Shown here: positions 37,902 through 51,960 of the stretch, piece by piece
How the letters are laid out: each line of letters starts with the position of its first letter
Numbering within the stretch: position 1 is the first letter of the stretch
Source: Octopus sinensis
Lineage: Eukaryota
Direction: 5' to 3'
Assembly (NCBI RefSeq): GCF_006345805.1
Contig: NW_021833978.1
Location: forward strand, 1-52,084
DNA length: 52,084 bases
Program-made: the position numbers and the translations under genes
Notes under the pieces: generated by a model
Databases searched by the model: none
Seen by the model: only the letters and a program-made list of their open reading frames with translations
What the model was told of the DNA's origin: nothing

Positions 37902-38172
37902 TCGTATATATGTATATATATATATATAATATATATATATATATTTGTATGTGTGTGTATGTTTGTGTGTCTGTGTTTGTCCCTCTAGCATTGCTTGACA
38001 ACCGATGATGGTGTGTTTACGTACCCGTCACTTAGCGGTTCGGCAAAAAAGACCGATAGAATAAGTACTGGGCTTAAAAAGAATAAGTTCCGGCGTCGAT
38101 TTGCTCGACTAAATGCGGTGCTCCAGCATTGCCGCAGTCAGATGACTGAAACAAGTAAAAGAGTAAAAGAGA
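37902..38172 (+). mobile_element. 5'-truncated family A SINE flanked by a ~70-bp direct repeat
   Basis: AGCTGATAATAATCGGCT..GTAGGAGCAGTA at 37830-37899 and 38173-38241. Confidence 0.85.
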
Positions 38173-38316
38173 AGCTGATAATAATCGGCTAATTTCTTGA
38201 GTTTACTACAGCATCGTCACAGAGCCCATGTAGGAGCAGTAACATATATTACTGAGTTAATTCTGAGTTTTGATATTGGGTATTGGTTTATTAATAACAA
38301 AGATACTCGTTCATAT

Positions 38317-38482
38317 AGGCGCAGGAGTGGCTGTGTGGTAGGTAGCTTGCTTACCAACCACATGGCTCCGGGTTCGGTCCCACTGCATTGCACCTTGTGC
38401 AAATGTCTTCTACTATAGACTCGGGCCGACCAAAGCTTTGTGAGTAGATTTGGTAGACGGAAACTGAAAGAAGCCTGTCGTG

Positions 38483-38570
<88 letters not shown>

Positions 38571-38792
38571 TGTGTTTGTTTTGTGTGTGTTTGTCCCTTA
38601 GCACTGTTTGACAACCGATGCTGGTGTGTTCATATCCCCGTAACTTAGCGGTTCGGCAAAAGAGACCGATCGAATAAGTAATAAGCTTACAAACAATGAG
38701 ACCTGGGGGTCGATTTGCTCGACTAAAGGTGGTGTTCCAGCGTAGCCGCAGTCAAATGACTGAAACAAGTAAAAGAGTAAAAGAGTAAAGAG
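38317..38792 (+). mobile_element. Family A SINE, full length
   Basis: AGGCGCAGGAGTGGCTGTGTGG head to (TAAAAGAG)n tail. Confidence 0.9.
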
Positions 38793-39505
38793 TATATATG
38801 TATGTGGTTCTGCAAAGCATTTGATGAACAATACTGCAATAACGAACAACAGTCCAAACACTTTTAGTTGTAAGTAGTACACGGTGTGTATTTATTATTT
38901 AAAAAAAGCAGATGCTCCATCGTAAATGCGCGGTTATTTGGGACAAATTTATGTAGTCACAATCTCATCGTCACGGGATTATATCTATAATCTAAGTACA
39001 ATCTGATATTTAAGTATTTGTCTTTTTCAATGTCCAGTTTTAGCACGCATATAGGACAGGTTACCTAAATATTTAATTATCCTCTGCACCTGCGACGAAA
39101 CTGTCCTTCCTCTTGTGATGAAAAACATAAACCATACTGTGATTTTGTACCACTTATTCATCTGATGTCAATACAAGCAGAACTCTATTTTTGCCATCTC
39201 CCAGCGCACTCTTCAGGTTTCAGTGCAGCTCATTTGTGATGGGTGCGCTTAACATTTAGGGAGAGATGAATGAACGATATATTAGATTTCTATGCTTGTT
39301 TTTATTTCACTTTTGACAATTTTTAAAAGTGATATACATTTCAAAATTGATGCATAATTCAAAAACACCTGGAATATATATATATATATATATTTTATTT
39401 CCGATAGAAAGAAACTTGATCCATGTGCAAAAATATTTCTTATATAATACGGTTTGTCCCGACCCCTCACTAGAACAAGCGCAAAATTATTCCAAGTTTA
39501 AATAA

Positions 39506-40060
39506 GGTGGTGAGATGGCAGAATCGTCAGCACGCTAGGCAGAATGGCTAGCGGCATTTTGTTCTGAGTTCAAATGCTGCTGAATTTGACTTTGCATTTC
39601 TTCCGTTCGGGTCGATAAAATAAGAACTAGTGGTACACTAGGCTCAATGTAATCGACTATCCGCTTCCCCAAAATTTCAGCCTTTGTACCTATTGTAGAA
39701 AGGATTACTCCCGGATAGAATACAACTGCTGAAAACCTGCCCTTTTTTCCATTGAGAAAATATTGCTCTTCCAAACTATCATTCTTGCGGGGTTGATAAA
39801 TTAAGTACCAGTTACACATTGGGGTCTATGTAATCGACTTAATCCCTTTGTCTGTGCTTTTTTGTCCCCTCTATATTTAGCCTCTTGTGGGCAATAAAGA
39901 AATAAGAATCGTTGGCCCGTTGGGCAAGATGCTTCACGACATTAAGTCAGTCTTTAAGTTAAAATTCCGCCGAGGTCGACTAAGCTATTCATCCTTTCAA
40001 AGCCTTGATAAAATAAGTAGCATTTGAGCCCTGGTTTCGATATAATCGACTTACGCGTCC
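39506..40060 (+). mobile_element. Cluster of diverged family C SINEs
   Basis: Degenerate copy 39506-39705, 3' part with Tx1-type tail 39790-39904, then a partial head and body to ~40060. Confidence 0.7.
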
Positions 40061-41244
40061 ACCGATATTACTAGCCTCCTATCAAAAGTTGAAGCCATTA
40101 TATGATAATATTCCTCTGCAATCTAAGAAAACATTTATCAATTGAGTTAACAAGAGAACACAAATGAGTAAATTTGAAATTCTAGAAATATGAATAAAAT
40201 CCTTCTCTTCGTAAATATACTGGCATTAGGATGTAGGCTTCTTTAAATGATGGGGAGATAGTGGTTAATGACACTTATCTAGTGTAGAATGTAATTCGTT
40301 ATACATAGAAATAATAGTGACTCCAGATTAGATTGATTGTGTTATTTGAAAATTTATGCAATTGGTTTTGAATTCATTCTGTTTCTGTAATAGTATATGA
40401 AAAATAGATTGGATGTCAAAGAATCAGATTGCAGTTACGTTATATAATGATATAAATTTCACCAGGACAGCATGTATATCACAAATGTCAGTAACAGTTT
40501 TTCAAACGATATAAGTTGCGAAAATTTTCTGGAAATGAAACAACTTTTGCAAATTCAGTGTAAAATATTCATTTCAAATAAGAAAAAAAAAATACAAGCA
40601 AGAAATATGAAAGAATGTTCGTGGTATTGACAAAGAGAACGAGGAATAATTATATAAATATAGCTAAATTTGCTACCTCTGTTACCATATTGTCTTTCCG
40701 CTAGAAGAGTTATATGATAAGGAAGAATTATCAAGAGAAATGTTATTTGCTCCAAAGAATAATAAATAAGAAAAAAATATATTCAAGCAATAAGCAGAAT
40801 ATTAATTTAAATAGGAATCGTTCTTTAGAAGTGAAATCTCTTCTGCATTTGTATATTGTATGTTGGCAAACACACAAACGAAAAGGGATTATATGAGAGT
40901 GAGTGTATAGTGTGGTTGTGTGTGTTTAGGTATGTATGTTTGCATGTGTATATATGTATGTATGTATGTATACATAAACGCAAAGACACAAAGGAAGAAA
41001 CAGAGAGAACGAGAGAAGAAAGTGAGATATAGAGGGAGAGAAAGTGAGAGAGAGAGAGAGAGAGAAAGGGAGAGAGAAAGAAACAGAAAGTGATAGATAG
41101 GTAGATAGGTGAGAAAATAGGAATCTACAGACGTATATCGATACATTAATACTTTTAAAGATAAGCATGTATTGTATATCATCTTAGTTTTCTCCCTAAA
41201 TATTGATTTTCAGATCTGTAATTATTCTATGCACGCCACATATG

Positions 41245-41297
41245 TCCATATATATACATACGTACATACATACCTCAAAACATACACACACACACAC

Positions 41298-41363
<66 letters not shown>

Positions 41364-41420
41364 ATGTATATATATATATATATTATATATATATAATATT
41401 TGTATATATATATATACATC

Positions 41421-41454
<34 letters not shown>

Positions 41455-41659
41455 CACATATATACATCTATATATAACATATATACATGTGTATACGTAT
41501 ATATACATATATATATATACATATATATGCAACCATAGATTTATCTATATTAAATGTACATACACACACACATATATTTATAAATATATATATAAATATA
41601 AATATATATATATATACATACATATATTATATATATATTATATACACACACACACACAC

Positions 41660-41716
<57 letters not shown>

Positions 41717-42026
41717 CGAAATATATAGTGAATCTTGCAATTTCACGAAGTTCCATTTTTTTTTCCTTGAGATAGATGACTACATGATTTTCATTCTAAT
41801 TTGATCTTTATCCGTTAAAAGAAATATAGGACAGCGCATAAAAACGGTCAGAATATTGCACACAAATGCAAAATAACCTGAACAGAACCCGAAAAGTAAA
41901 GAAATACTTCTAATCCTTGATGATAAATTTCTGATGATATGAATAAATGTCAATAAAGAAATACGTGGTTTGTATATACATGTTGTTCTTACGTTCTGTT
42001 TATGAGCAGAATACAACACGCATATA

Positions 42027-42082
<56 letters not shown>

Positions 42083-42130
42083 CATATATATATATTATAT
42101 ATATATATATATATACACATATATATATAT

Positions 42131-42163
<33 letters not shown>

Positions 42164-42203
42164 GCATGTATATATATATATCTATATATGTATATGTATA
42201 TAA

Positions 42204-42234
<31 letters not shown>

Positions 42235-42470
42235 ACATGCATATATATACATGCATATATATATATACATATACATATATATATATATTTACATATACAT
42301 AAATATATACATATACATACATATATATATATACTTCTGTGTGCGTAAGTATTCAGGTATACGTATGTATATATATATATTGTATGTATATATTGTATAC
42401 ATATGTATATATTGTATACATATGTATGTATATATCTATATATGTATATGTATATATATGAATGTATAAT
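41245..42470. repeat. Large (TA)n/(CA)n microsatellite fields (41245-41720 and 42025-42470)
   Basis: Direct inspection. Confidence 0.95.
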
Positions 42471-42516
42471 GCGTCCACACACAACTCCCTATATGTACTT
42501 TATATTGACAAATGTG

Positions 42517-42556
<40 letters not shown>

Positions 42557-43057
42557 CTTCTTTCTTTATCTTTCTTTTTGTATGTGTCCAATACTTGCTT
42601 TTGCGTATGTTGGTTTTTGTCTTTTTTGGTTTTTCCTAACCATCTCTTACACGCGGAGAATAATATTCCTGAAACCACGAGAGAGGGAGTAAATGCTTCT
42701 CAAGAAGTTCTCTGTGTGTATATATAGATATATATTGATTCCTTACATGTGTTCGCGCACACAATCACATACACACACACGCACGCACACACACGCACAT
42801 ACACAGGCATTCCTACACGCACACACAAGCACGGAGCCCTACTCACTTATGTGCAAATATAAAGCAATGCGCCTCATAAAGTAGATTCCTTTCCATCTCT
42901 GTTCTCTTGCATAGTGTTTGCTTAAACGAAGGTAACGCGGATCGCATATATATATGTATTTTACATAAACCTGAAAAGAATTCATATCCCCAAAGGTGTT
43001 AATAAACCGAACGTTACCTAACATTTGTGCCGGTATATATATATATATATATATATA

Positions 43058-43259
43058 GTTAATCCAAACAAGAAAGCACAAAAAAACACAACAACGCGAG
43101 GACGTGGAACAAATATAGTATTATTGGACGCTCAAGAAAGAAGGAAAGAAGGGGGGGTTCAAAGTTTCGAGCGGAGCTCTTCGTCGGAAACATAGGAGAA
43201 GGAAAGATCCAGGGAAGGAAAAAACAGAGGAAAAAAATCGCCAACGGTACACACGCGGT

Positions 43260-43262
<3 letters not shown>
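43058..43262 (-). mobile_element. Penelope-type repeat fragment with a minimal hammerhead-like motif; partial second copy at 51772-51835
   Basis: GTTAATCCAAACAAGAAAGCAC..GAACAAATATAGTATTAT is shared by both loci; the reverse complement of 43164-43187 is CCGACGA AGAGC TCC GCTC GAAAC. Confidence 0.55.
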
Positions 43263-43292
<30 letters not shown>

Positions 43293-43886
43293 TGGGCATA
43301 TCTAAGATATCCTAATATTCGACATATCCTTTAATATAGAACTTATTCAATGAACTACCCCTGAATCACAATTATACCTCTTCTAAACGCGTAAATTTTG
43401 AAGCGTGTGACTGTTAATTTTAGCAGATCGAGTAACGGCCTTGTGACATATTTGATATTTTACTGATTTTAAAATTTGATAGTTCAATTGTATATGCACC
43501 ACGTTTGCCCAAGTAACGTGGTGGTCAGGAGTGGCACGGCTAAAACAACAACTGTTATATCTACAGTATCACTTAGCTATTGAACTAAAACGTTTCCAAG
43601 GCGTAACTCTAGAAATCTGCCTGTATAAGACGCCGTTATTACCAAAGCCATTCCATTCATGACCATAAAATCTCTTTAGAATTATTTAAATATATTGATA
43701 ACGACAGAAGTAGTATTAATACCAAAAGCCAATCTTTATGTCTAATACAACGTGACTGTTTTGTTAGGAAACCGCTGTTAATTATTTCTTTTAATATGCT
43801 GGCTATTTGCGATATAAGTGTCTGAAACGACATTCACATTCTCTGTATCGTTGACCGTGAGATTCGGTTATGTCACTACCGATCAT

Positions 43887-43932
43887 CTGCGCCTGAAGAG
43901 ACCGGCCAGGGCGAAACAATGTAGTCTGGCAG
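43887..43932 (+). ncRNA. Possible degenerate type I hammerhead
   Basis: CTGCGC CTGAAGA GACC GGCCA GGGC GAAAC AATGTA GTC TGGCAG: core, GAAA and GUC present; stems I and II imperfect. Confidence 0.35.
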
Positions 43933-43983
43933 TTCCGGGCGCTATAGCAGACAATTCGTCCCTGTTAATGATATGCGAGCAAA

Positions 43984-44948
43984 GGCAGCGAGCCGGCAGG
44001 AACGTTAGCACGCCGGGCGAAATGTTTGGCGGTATTTCGTCTGCCGTTACGTTCTGAGTTCAAATTCCGCCGAGGTCGACTTTGCCTTTCATCCTTTCGA
44101 GGTCGATAAATTAAATACCAGTTACGCACTGGGTTCGATATAATCGACTTAATCCGTTTGTCTGTCCTTGTATGTCCCCTCTGTGTTTAGTCCCTTGTGG
44201 GTAATAAAGAAATGGGTATATCGTCTGGCCCTATGTTCTGACTTCAAATTCCGCCGAGGTCGACTTTGCCTTTCATCCTTTCGAGGTCGATAAATTAAGT
44301 ACCAGTTACGCACTTGGTTCGATATAATCGACTTAATCTGTTTGTCTGTCCTTGTATGTCCCCTCTGTGTTTAGCCCCTTGTGGGTAATAAAGAAATGGG
44401 TATTTCGTCTGCCGCTACGTTCTGACTTCAAATTCCGCCGAGGTCGACTTTGCCTTTCATCCTTTCGGGGTCGATAAATTAAGTACCAGTTACGCACTTG
44501 TGTCGATATAATCGACTTAATCCGTATGTCTGTCCTTGTATGTCCCCTCTGTGTTTAGCCCCTCGTGGGTAATAAAGAAATGGGTATTTCGTCTGCCGCT
44601 ACGTTCTGACTTCAAATTCCGCCGAGGTCGACTTTGCCTTTCATCCTTTCGGGGTCGATTAAATAAGTACCAGTTACGAACTGGGTTCGATTTAATCGAC
44701 TTAATCCGTTTGTCTGTCCTTGTATGTCCCCTCTGTGTTTAGCCCCTTGTGTCTAGTAAAGAAATGGGTATTTCGTCTGCCGCTACGTTCTGAGTTCAAA
44801 TTCCGCCGAGATCGACTTTGCCTTTCATCCTTTCGTGGTCGATAAATTAAGTACCAGTTACGCACTGGGTTCGATCTAATCGACTTAATCCATTTGTCTG
44901 TCCTTGTTTGCACTCTCTGTGTTTAGCCCCTTGTGGGTAGTAAAGAAA
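43984..44948 (+). mobile_element. Family C SINE array: one head plus five 184-bp units
   Basis: GGTAT unit starts at 44031, 44215, 44399, 44583 and 44767 (exact 184-bp period), high identity. Confidence 0.92.
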
Positions 44949-47029
44949 GATATATGTATAGGAGTTTTTTATATACCACGATTCATATGAGAGATTTCCT
45001 TTGAGCACTATTCAGTGCTGTAATAAAACATCCACGTTAAGTTGGACATAGAGAATTGCACTCTTAAAAAATGTATATTTATAACTATGACTTTCGCGTA
45101 TGTAATCAGTATAGTGTATTTTCCGTTGTATTTCTTTTCTGTTTTTGTCAAGTAATTCTTCTGCACAGAGAATGCAAGGTTTTTAAGGTAATTCAGTGTG
45201 TTTGATTACCGTAATTTTAAGTCCTTAGCTTTGTTGGTTTATTTCATTCTGATTGAGCAAACACGATCAACTTGACTCTGGAGTAATACGTAGTTTATCA
45301 TTTGTAAGAGAGACAAGAAGGCGGGATTTAATAAAATTTGGGTCATTAATTTGACAAACTCTTATCATATAAATGTATAATTCCACACATTTCCTATCAT
45401 CAACAACACTTTGCAGCTGCATTGAGAGTGTTTCATTAAAGAGAACAAGGAGTAGCATGATGTGTCTGCTCTTGATGACATATAGAACTAAATGTGTTTT
45501 TGAAATCCAGCAGCATTGGAGAAATCCATTTCAAAGAAATATGTGGAGGTGATGAATTGAGGAACGGAGAGATATAGGTTTTAGAGCTACTGGGCGACTC
45601 GTTGAATTGAAGTTACAACGGGAAACCATAGATTTATTGGTGCAAAGGAATAAAATAAAATAGAAGGAAAGATGGTCGTAGCTTCGCCCTTCCTCAGAGA
45701 TGCTTGCACACAGAACAGAAAAACATCAGACAACGATATAATTTCTAGCTGATAGGAATGGGTAAACCTCGATCGTGCGCAAAATTACACCCTCATTTAT
45801 ATCGAGACCTATTTCCCCGGCAGAGTATTTAGAAATCTAATGAAAACAGAAAAAATATCTAAATCCTCAAACTGAAATAGTTATTTTATATATTCAACAG
45901 ATATGAACTTGTAAGTAATAATTAGCTTCTGCTGAACAAACACGCACAATAGATACACTTGCGCATTTGGAAGTTTTTTCTTATCCTTGTTCCCCGATGG
46001 GAAATTGACTGCTAAAGACCTTTGCGTTTTAATAAACTGCTCAGGGGACAGAGAAAGCCAGAATTACAGTTAGCTAAAATCAAATCTAAAAACGGGGGAA
46101 ATGAAAAAGAGAATGCTTATGTGTTGAATGCTTATAATCACAGATTTTCACAATGAATAACTACCGAGTGCGAAAAAGCAGGAACAATACAGTACATATG
46201 CTTGTATTTACCCCAGTTGAGTACTGACTGACTGAGCAATGCAGAACGACCTTCCAGCATTGAGGATTCGAGATTAAATATATAAGACTAAGTATATCTG
46301 TCCATTTCTATAAAAGTTTTCCAGTTATTTTATACAAAACACAAACTGAACGACTGCATACATTGCGAACGTTTCCATAGTAAAATATGATAGCCATTAC
46401 TGTGAACACTTCAGATTTGAGGCCCTGAGATTTAAGTATCTTAGGCCCAGAGTAATTCTATTGACGAGGTTTTTCACCAGTAACCTGCCATCCAATCATA
46501 TCGATTCGGCAAGCTATGAGTCTTTAATCAGTGAATACGTGGAGCAATTGAAACAGGTATTGCATCACCGCTCATTATAAACAGAGAGAATATGTAGTGG
46601 TTTCCTAGGTGTTGAATCTCCCTTTCGATTTAACATAATTGCTTTCACTCTGGTCTGGTTCACACAGACCATCGACATTAACTAATTGCATTCAACATTT
46701 TTCATATATACATTCACTCATACGCACATGTACGCACGCGCACACGCGCTCACATATATAAGAAAATAATATTTGTATATATGCATACACATATATTTAT
46801 GTGCGTTTGCGGTTGTGTATACGTGAGTGTGTACTTGAGAGTAAACGTGTTTCTACGTAGATAAAAATATGTGTGTGTGAGTGAGTAACTATCGACATGA
46901 ATATACAAAAATACGTTTGCGTGTATGCTTATATACACACATAATATATCGATATACAAATATGTATGTACAAGAATATACGCATTGTCATATATACAGA
47001 AAGAATTATGTAAGTATACATATATACAA

Positions 47030-47088
47030 ATATATGTATATATGTATATATATGAATATATATAGATATTTGTGAATGAAAACACATA

Positions 47089-47138
<50 letters not shown>

Positions 47139-47186
47139 TTTATATATATAGATAGTTATGAATGAAAACACATATATATGTGTATG

Positions 47187-47243
<57 letters not shown>

Positions 47244-47259
47244 AAATATATAATATATA

Positions 47260-47325
<66 letters not shown>

Positions 47326-47345
47326 GTGTGTGTGTTGTGTGTGTA
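47030..47345. repeat. (TA)n/(TG)n microsatellite field
   Basis: Direct inspection. Confidence 0.9.
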
Positions 47346-49186
47346 TACAGGTTTTATATATAATTTGTTTTACCTCGGTTGCATACATAATTCGTGTAGT
47401 TACATATAGATGCAGTTGTTTTGTTTCGGCTTACGAAAATACTGCTGTAATAACTGTTGTTGTTGTTGTAGTTGTTTTGAGAGCATCTCTAAGATATAGA
47501 ATTCTGTAAGGTATGGAATGAGTGTAATAAATAACATTGTGTAAATATACGAATGAATGAATTCAGTAAATGTAGTGATGGATGGCTGGAATAAATAAAA
47601 ATAATTTTGTTAGCTAATGAGACGTCTTTATATGAATTGCTGTTTAAAGACTAACACGAAATACATTTCTCTTTGTATGTATGTGATTGCGTGCGTCTGC
47701 GCATGTATGTTCGGCGTGTATATATGTGTGCACGTATGTATGCATGTGTGTATATCTATTTATATTTATACGTGTGTCTGTTTATATTTAGATATTTATA
47801 TGCACACACATATATATATATATAAGCATATATTTAAATATATACATACATATATAAATCTTTCTCTCTTACACACCCTATATGTGTGTGAATGTGTGTG
47901 TAGTGCACTTATGTACACCCATGCACACACAAACACACATATATATATATTTATAAATATATATCTTTATGTGTACATAAATGCACCATATATATCTATA
48001 TATATATATATTCAGATATATATATGTATACATAAATGTATATATATATATTCATATGTGTGTGTGTGTATGTATTTGTATGTGAGTGTATTGTGTGTGT
48101 GTGTGTGATATACGCACAAACACTCTTTTATGCTCACAGTAACCATAGAATCATATAAAATGATTTTGTGTTTATACGTAAGTGTCTATGTGTTAGTATG
48201 AGTCTGTGAGTTAAAGTGAATTTGTCTCTAATGATTCCTATGGAACGGACGAAAGCGATTATTCTAAAGAGTTTTAGTTCAGCCCTAGTTATATTATATT
48301 ACATTAACTGTGATTTATTGTCAAACAGTGTATTTATCGATTATTGCTCCGCTAAACTCGAAAAAAAAAATCAATACCATTATGGAATTAACTCAGGAGC
48401 TTCATAATACTAGAGAAATCGAAGCTTTTTGATTTATCGGAAGGTTTGGTTTCGCGTTTGAACTTATTCAATCACTTGAGTATTTAATAAATTTCCTGTG
48501 GCGTTTCGCTGTTTGTTCGACAGATGCTCAGTTGTAGAGTATTTCAAAGATTCTTATTATAATTTCTTCAGTAGCAATCTTTCTTCTCTGCTTATGGTTT
48601 ATTGGTCAACGATGGATTCAAAATATGTTTGCATCTTTTGGGTCTTTGTTCTTCTTGATTCTCTTCATCGATATTTCTATTTATTATTATTACTTTATTT
48701 TGTCTGTGTATATGTGTGTGTATGTGTTTGGCTTTAATATCTTTCTACCTTTAATTCCTCAGAGAATTAAGTTATTGCAATAGTTCCATTAAAACAGATG
48801 TTTGTATTTGACATGAAAGACAAATCTTGCATTTTCTTTTTAATGCTTCAATTCAAATAAATGAATTAGTCGATATATGTTTTATTGGGGTCCCTCGGAT
48901 CTAAAGATTTTATTCCGCCACCAACTACGCGAACACTGAAGCATTGTCCTTCATCTGCTTGTTCCCTTGGTGGTTAGTATAATCTGATGGATACTATATT
49001 GATTTTAATTCTGGGTAGGCTAAGCAAACGATTAAAATTGATTCCTATAAGTTCATGCAATTACTTACTTTATCGGCTCAGAAGGGAATAGAACCAAAGT
49101 CGACATTCACATGAATTTCATCTCAAAGAGAAGAAAGATATCACTAAAAACCAGTAGACAGTGCTTGCAAAACTTTTGCGATCCAA

Positions 49187-49249
<63 letters not shown>

Positions 49250-49576
49250 GAATCTATCTATTTCCCCCAAACAAATTATTTCAACGAGTCGTACATTAAA
49301 CAATGTATATGGTAAAAGATCTGTAAATAGTCGCAATGCACAATTTATGTTCTCAGGAATGATGTCACTAACATGAGCCAATAGTATAAAGCTAGGCGGT
49401 AGCTCGAACTGTAAAAAGGAATAACCAGTCGTCCTTTCCCTCACATGCCACTATCTGGAACGTTAGCGGAAAAACGTAAACACAAACTACCCCCAAAACG
49501 ATCGACATTGCTGTCGAAGACGACGTATGGATGTTCAAGCTTTTTCCTTAACGACCAGCAAAAATGATTTGTTTAT

Positions 49577-49924
49577 TTTGGAAGCACTCCGTCGGTTACG
49601 ACGACGAGGGTTCCGGTTGATCCGAACAGCCTGCTCGTGCGTGAAATTAACGTGTAAGTGGCTGAGCACTCCACAGACAGCATGACACAGAGAGTGACAA
49701 GGCCGGCCCTTTGAAATACAGGTACAACAGAAGCAGGAAGTAAGAGTGAGAGAAAGTTGTGATGAAAGAGTACAGCAGGGATCACCACCATCCCCTGCCG
49801 GAGCCTCGTGGAGCTCTAGGTGTTTTCGCTCAATAAACATTCACAACGCCCGGTCTGGGAATCGAAACCGCGATCCTACGACCGCGAGTCCGCTGCCCTA
49901 ACGACTGGGCCATTGCGCCTCAAC
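49577..49924 (-). mobile_element. Family B SINE with internal deletion, 13-bp TSD
   Basis: ATGATTTGTTTAT at 49564-76 and 49925-37. Confidence 0.9.
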
Positions 49925-50841
49925 ATGATTTGTTTATAGTGATCACATGTATGTGATGTACATCAGCTCACTCTCTCCATCAAATCGTTCTTACCTGAAC
50001 AGGCACCAGACATAAAATCGTTCTTATCTAAACAGGTACCAGATATCAGGTGCTGAAGTGAGCGCAGAGCAACGTGAGATGTTATGTTTTGCTCAAGTGT
50101 AGAATTCCTGACTTGGGAATTAAAACCATGATATTCCGATCAGGGTGCAGCACCATAACCACTAGGTCACCTGTTCTCTAAAATACAGACTCATTATTGC
50201 TTGAAGACCGTCCATGAGGGTTTGCTTAATCATGGATGCTCTGTTGATAAAGAACAACACTGCCACGAAGCGAACAAAGATGCGTACGGCCCTGGGTTTT
50301 AGTTGAAGCAGCAATCAAATCTGACTCAGCTCGAAGCCTACACCCGTATGATTGGAAGCACACCTGTAATGAGATATGTGTATGCACGCTGTCTGAATAA
50401 AATCGGCCATGGCGAAAAGGTTGCGTCAGTAAAAAGCCGAAATGAAACTAAAGGTCAGCTTTAAGATACAACCAACACCACCATCGTGGAAAACAATAAC
50501 TATGGCAACAAAAACGGTGACGGAAACGACAGAGAATCATCATCAGAAATCTATACAACCATAGAGGCAACAAAAACCATTTCAGGAATCACTGTTGCAA
50601 TCTCTGACAGAGATTTTTTATAAGTGAAGTGATCATGAAGCGGTTAAGTTAACATTCGATTTTTTCACGGACCGTTATTTAGTTTTTGATTATATTTATT
50701 CTTTACTAGAACTTCAAGACGGAAAAGTTCGATGCATTATCCTCGAAGGTTCCGCACATAATTGTCATGTACTCGAATGACATCTTCTGTAGACGTACAA
50801 AAACATACATTCATGCATATACACATACATTCATGCACATA

Positions 50842-50886
50842 GGCGGTGCTCCAGCATGGCCGCAGTCAAATGACTGAAACAAGTAA
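50842..50886 (+). mobile_element. Family A SINE 3' tail only
   Basis: GGCGGTGCTCCAGCATGGCCGCAGTCAAATGACTGAAACAAGTAAA. Confidence 0.8.
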
Positions 50887-51495
50887 ACAAAAAAAAATAC
50901 ACACACAAACACAGACACACACACACACAGGAAGATACAAACGAATCTATATACAAACACACACGCACGCACATACAAACATGCATATAACCCCTTTTGA
51001 TATATTTACCTTTGCTCCGAACAGCTCACCTGTATTTACAATTCGGTGTACGGCCTTACATTTTCTATTATTGTCCGTGTTTGAAATTTTTCCCTCTGTT
51101 AGTCTATTGTTTTCAAATGTCAGTAACCCAGCAGAAAACGTTGCTGGCACAACTCGGTTGAACAATGGGTGTGAAAAGTGATAGATAGTGAGGGTTAGAA
51201 CGCATTTGCTTTTGCGTTTATTTGAATCGAATTGTCTGTCCGTTTCCCTCATCTGTATATATATATATAGTATAAAGATACAAGGTACTAATATTTCCTA
51301 CTTTTAGACGCCAGTCTAGGCAGATTTTATAAGACGCCTTCTGTTATGATAACAGACCGCGTCTCCAAAGAAACAAACAATTAGTAGCTCGTAAGTTCAT
51401 ATCTTTATAATGACAACATTAAATTATATTTATCTCTCACTCGATGGAGTACCGTTTTGTTGACATACTCTAAACGGAACAATACACTACATACA

Positions 51496-51553
<58 letters not shown>

Positions 51554-51832
51554 GTTCATAGAAGAGGATCATATTTTTTCCATGCAAATACACTTACTAT
51601 TTCTCAATATGTTTTAATTGGAGCAGGTAGAGGAGTAAATGTAAGGATAAGTAAGTTAGGCATGTTGATATACTCATTAAATACAAAAGAGTATATATGC
51701 TTACATAGAAAATCAAGAATTAAAAGGCTCGAAGAAGAGTATTACAAATCCAGCATCTATATAGATAAAGTTAATCCAAACAAGAAAGCACAAAAAACAC
51801 AACAACGCGAGGACGTGGAACAAATATAGTAT

Positions 51833-51874
<42 letters not shown>

Positions 51875-51960
51875 TACGGGGGCACGATTGTTATCCAACT
51901 CATTGTGAATTAGTAATCTCTTTCGTTTGGTACTTTCAGTTAATTCCATTTTATTATCTA

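Noticed and set aside
43984-44948. Regularly spaced repeats as a CRISPR array
   Set aside because: Whole units repeat with no unique spacers, no cas genes, and a eukaryotic SINE context.
50460-50620. Asn/Thr-rich open frame (DTTNTTIVENNNYGNKNG..)
   Set aside because: Looks like a decayed (AAC)n/(ATC)n trinucleotide tract; no start codon.
9743-51252. Chain of minus-strand micro-exons (~9743-9788, 11580-11676, 16351-16394, 19105-19205, 51031-51252)
   Set aside because: Each has a plausible GT donor, but the phases do not link consistently and no protein family is recognisable; such sites are expected by chance.
821-51949. Dozens of ORFs rich in YI, HT, CV or LS dipeptides
   Set aside because: They are translations of (TA)n, (CA)n and (GA)n microsatellites, not proteins.
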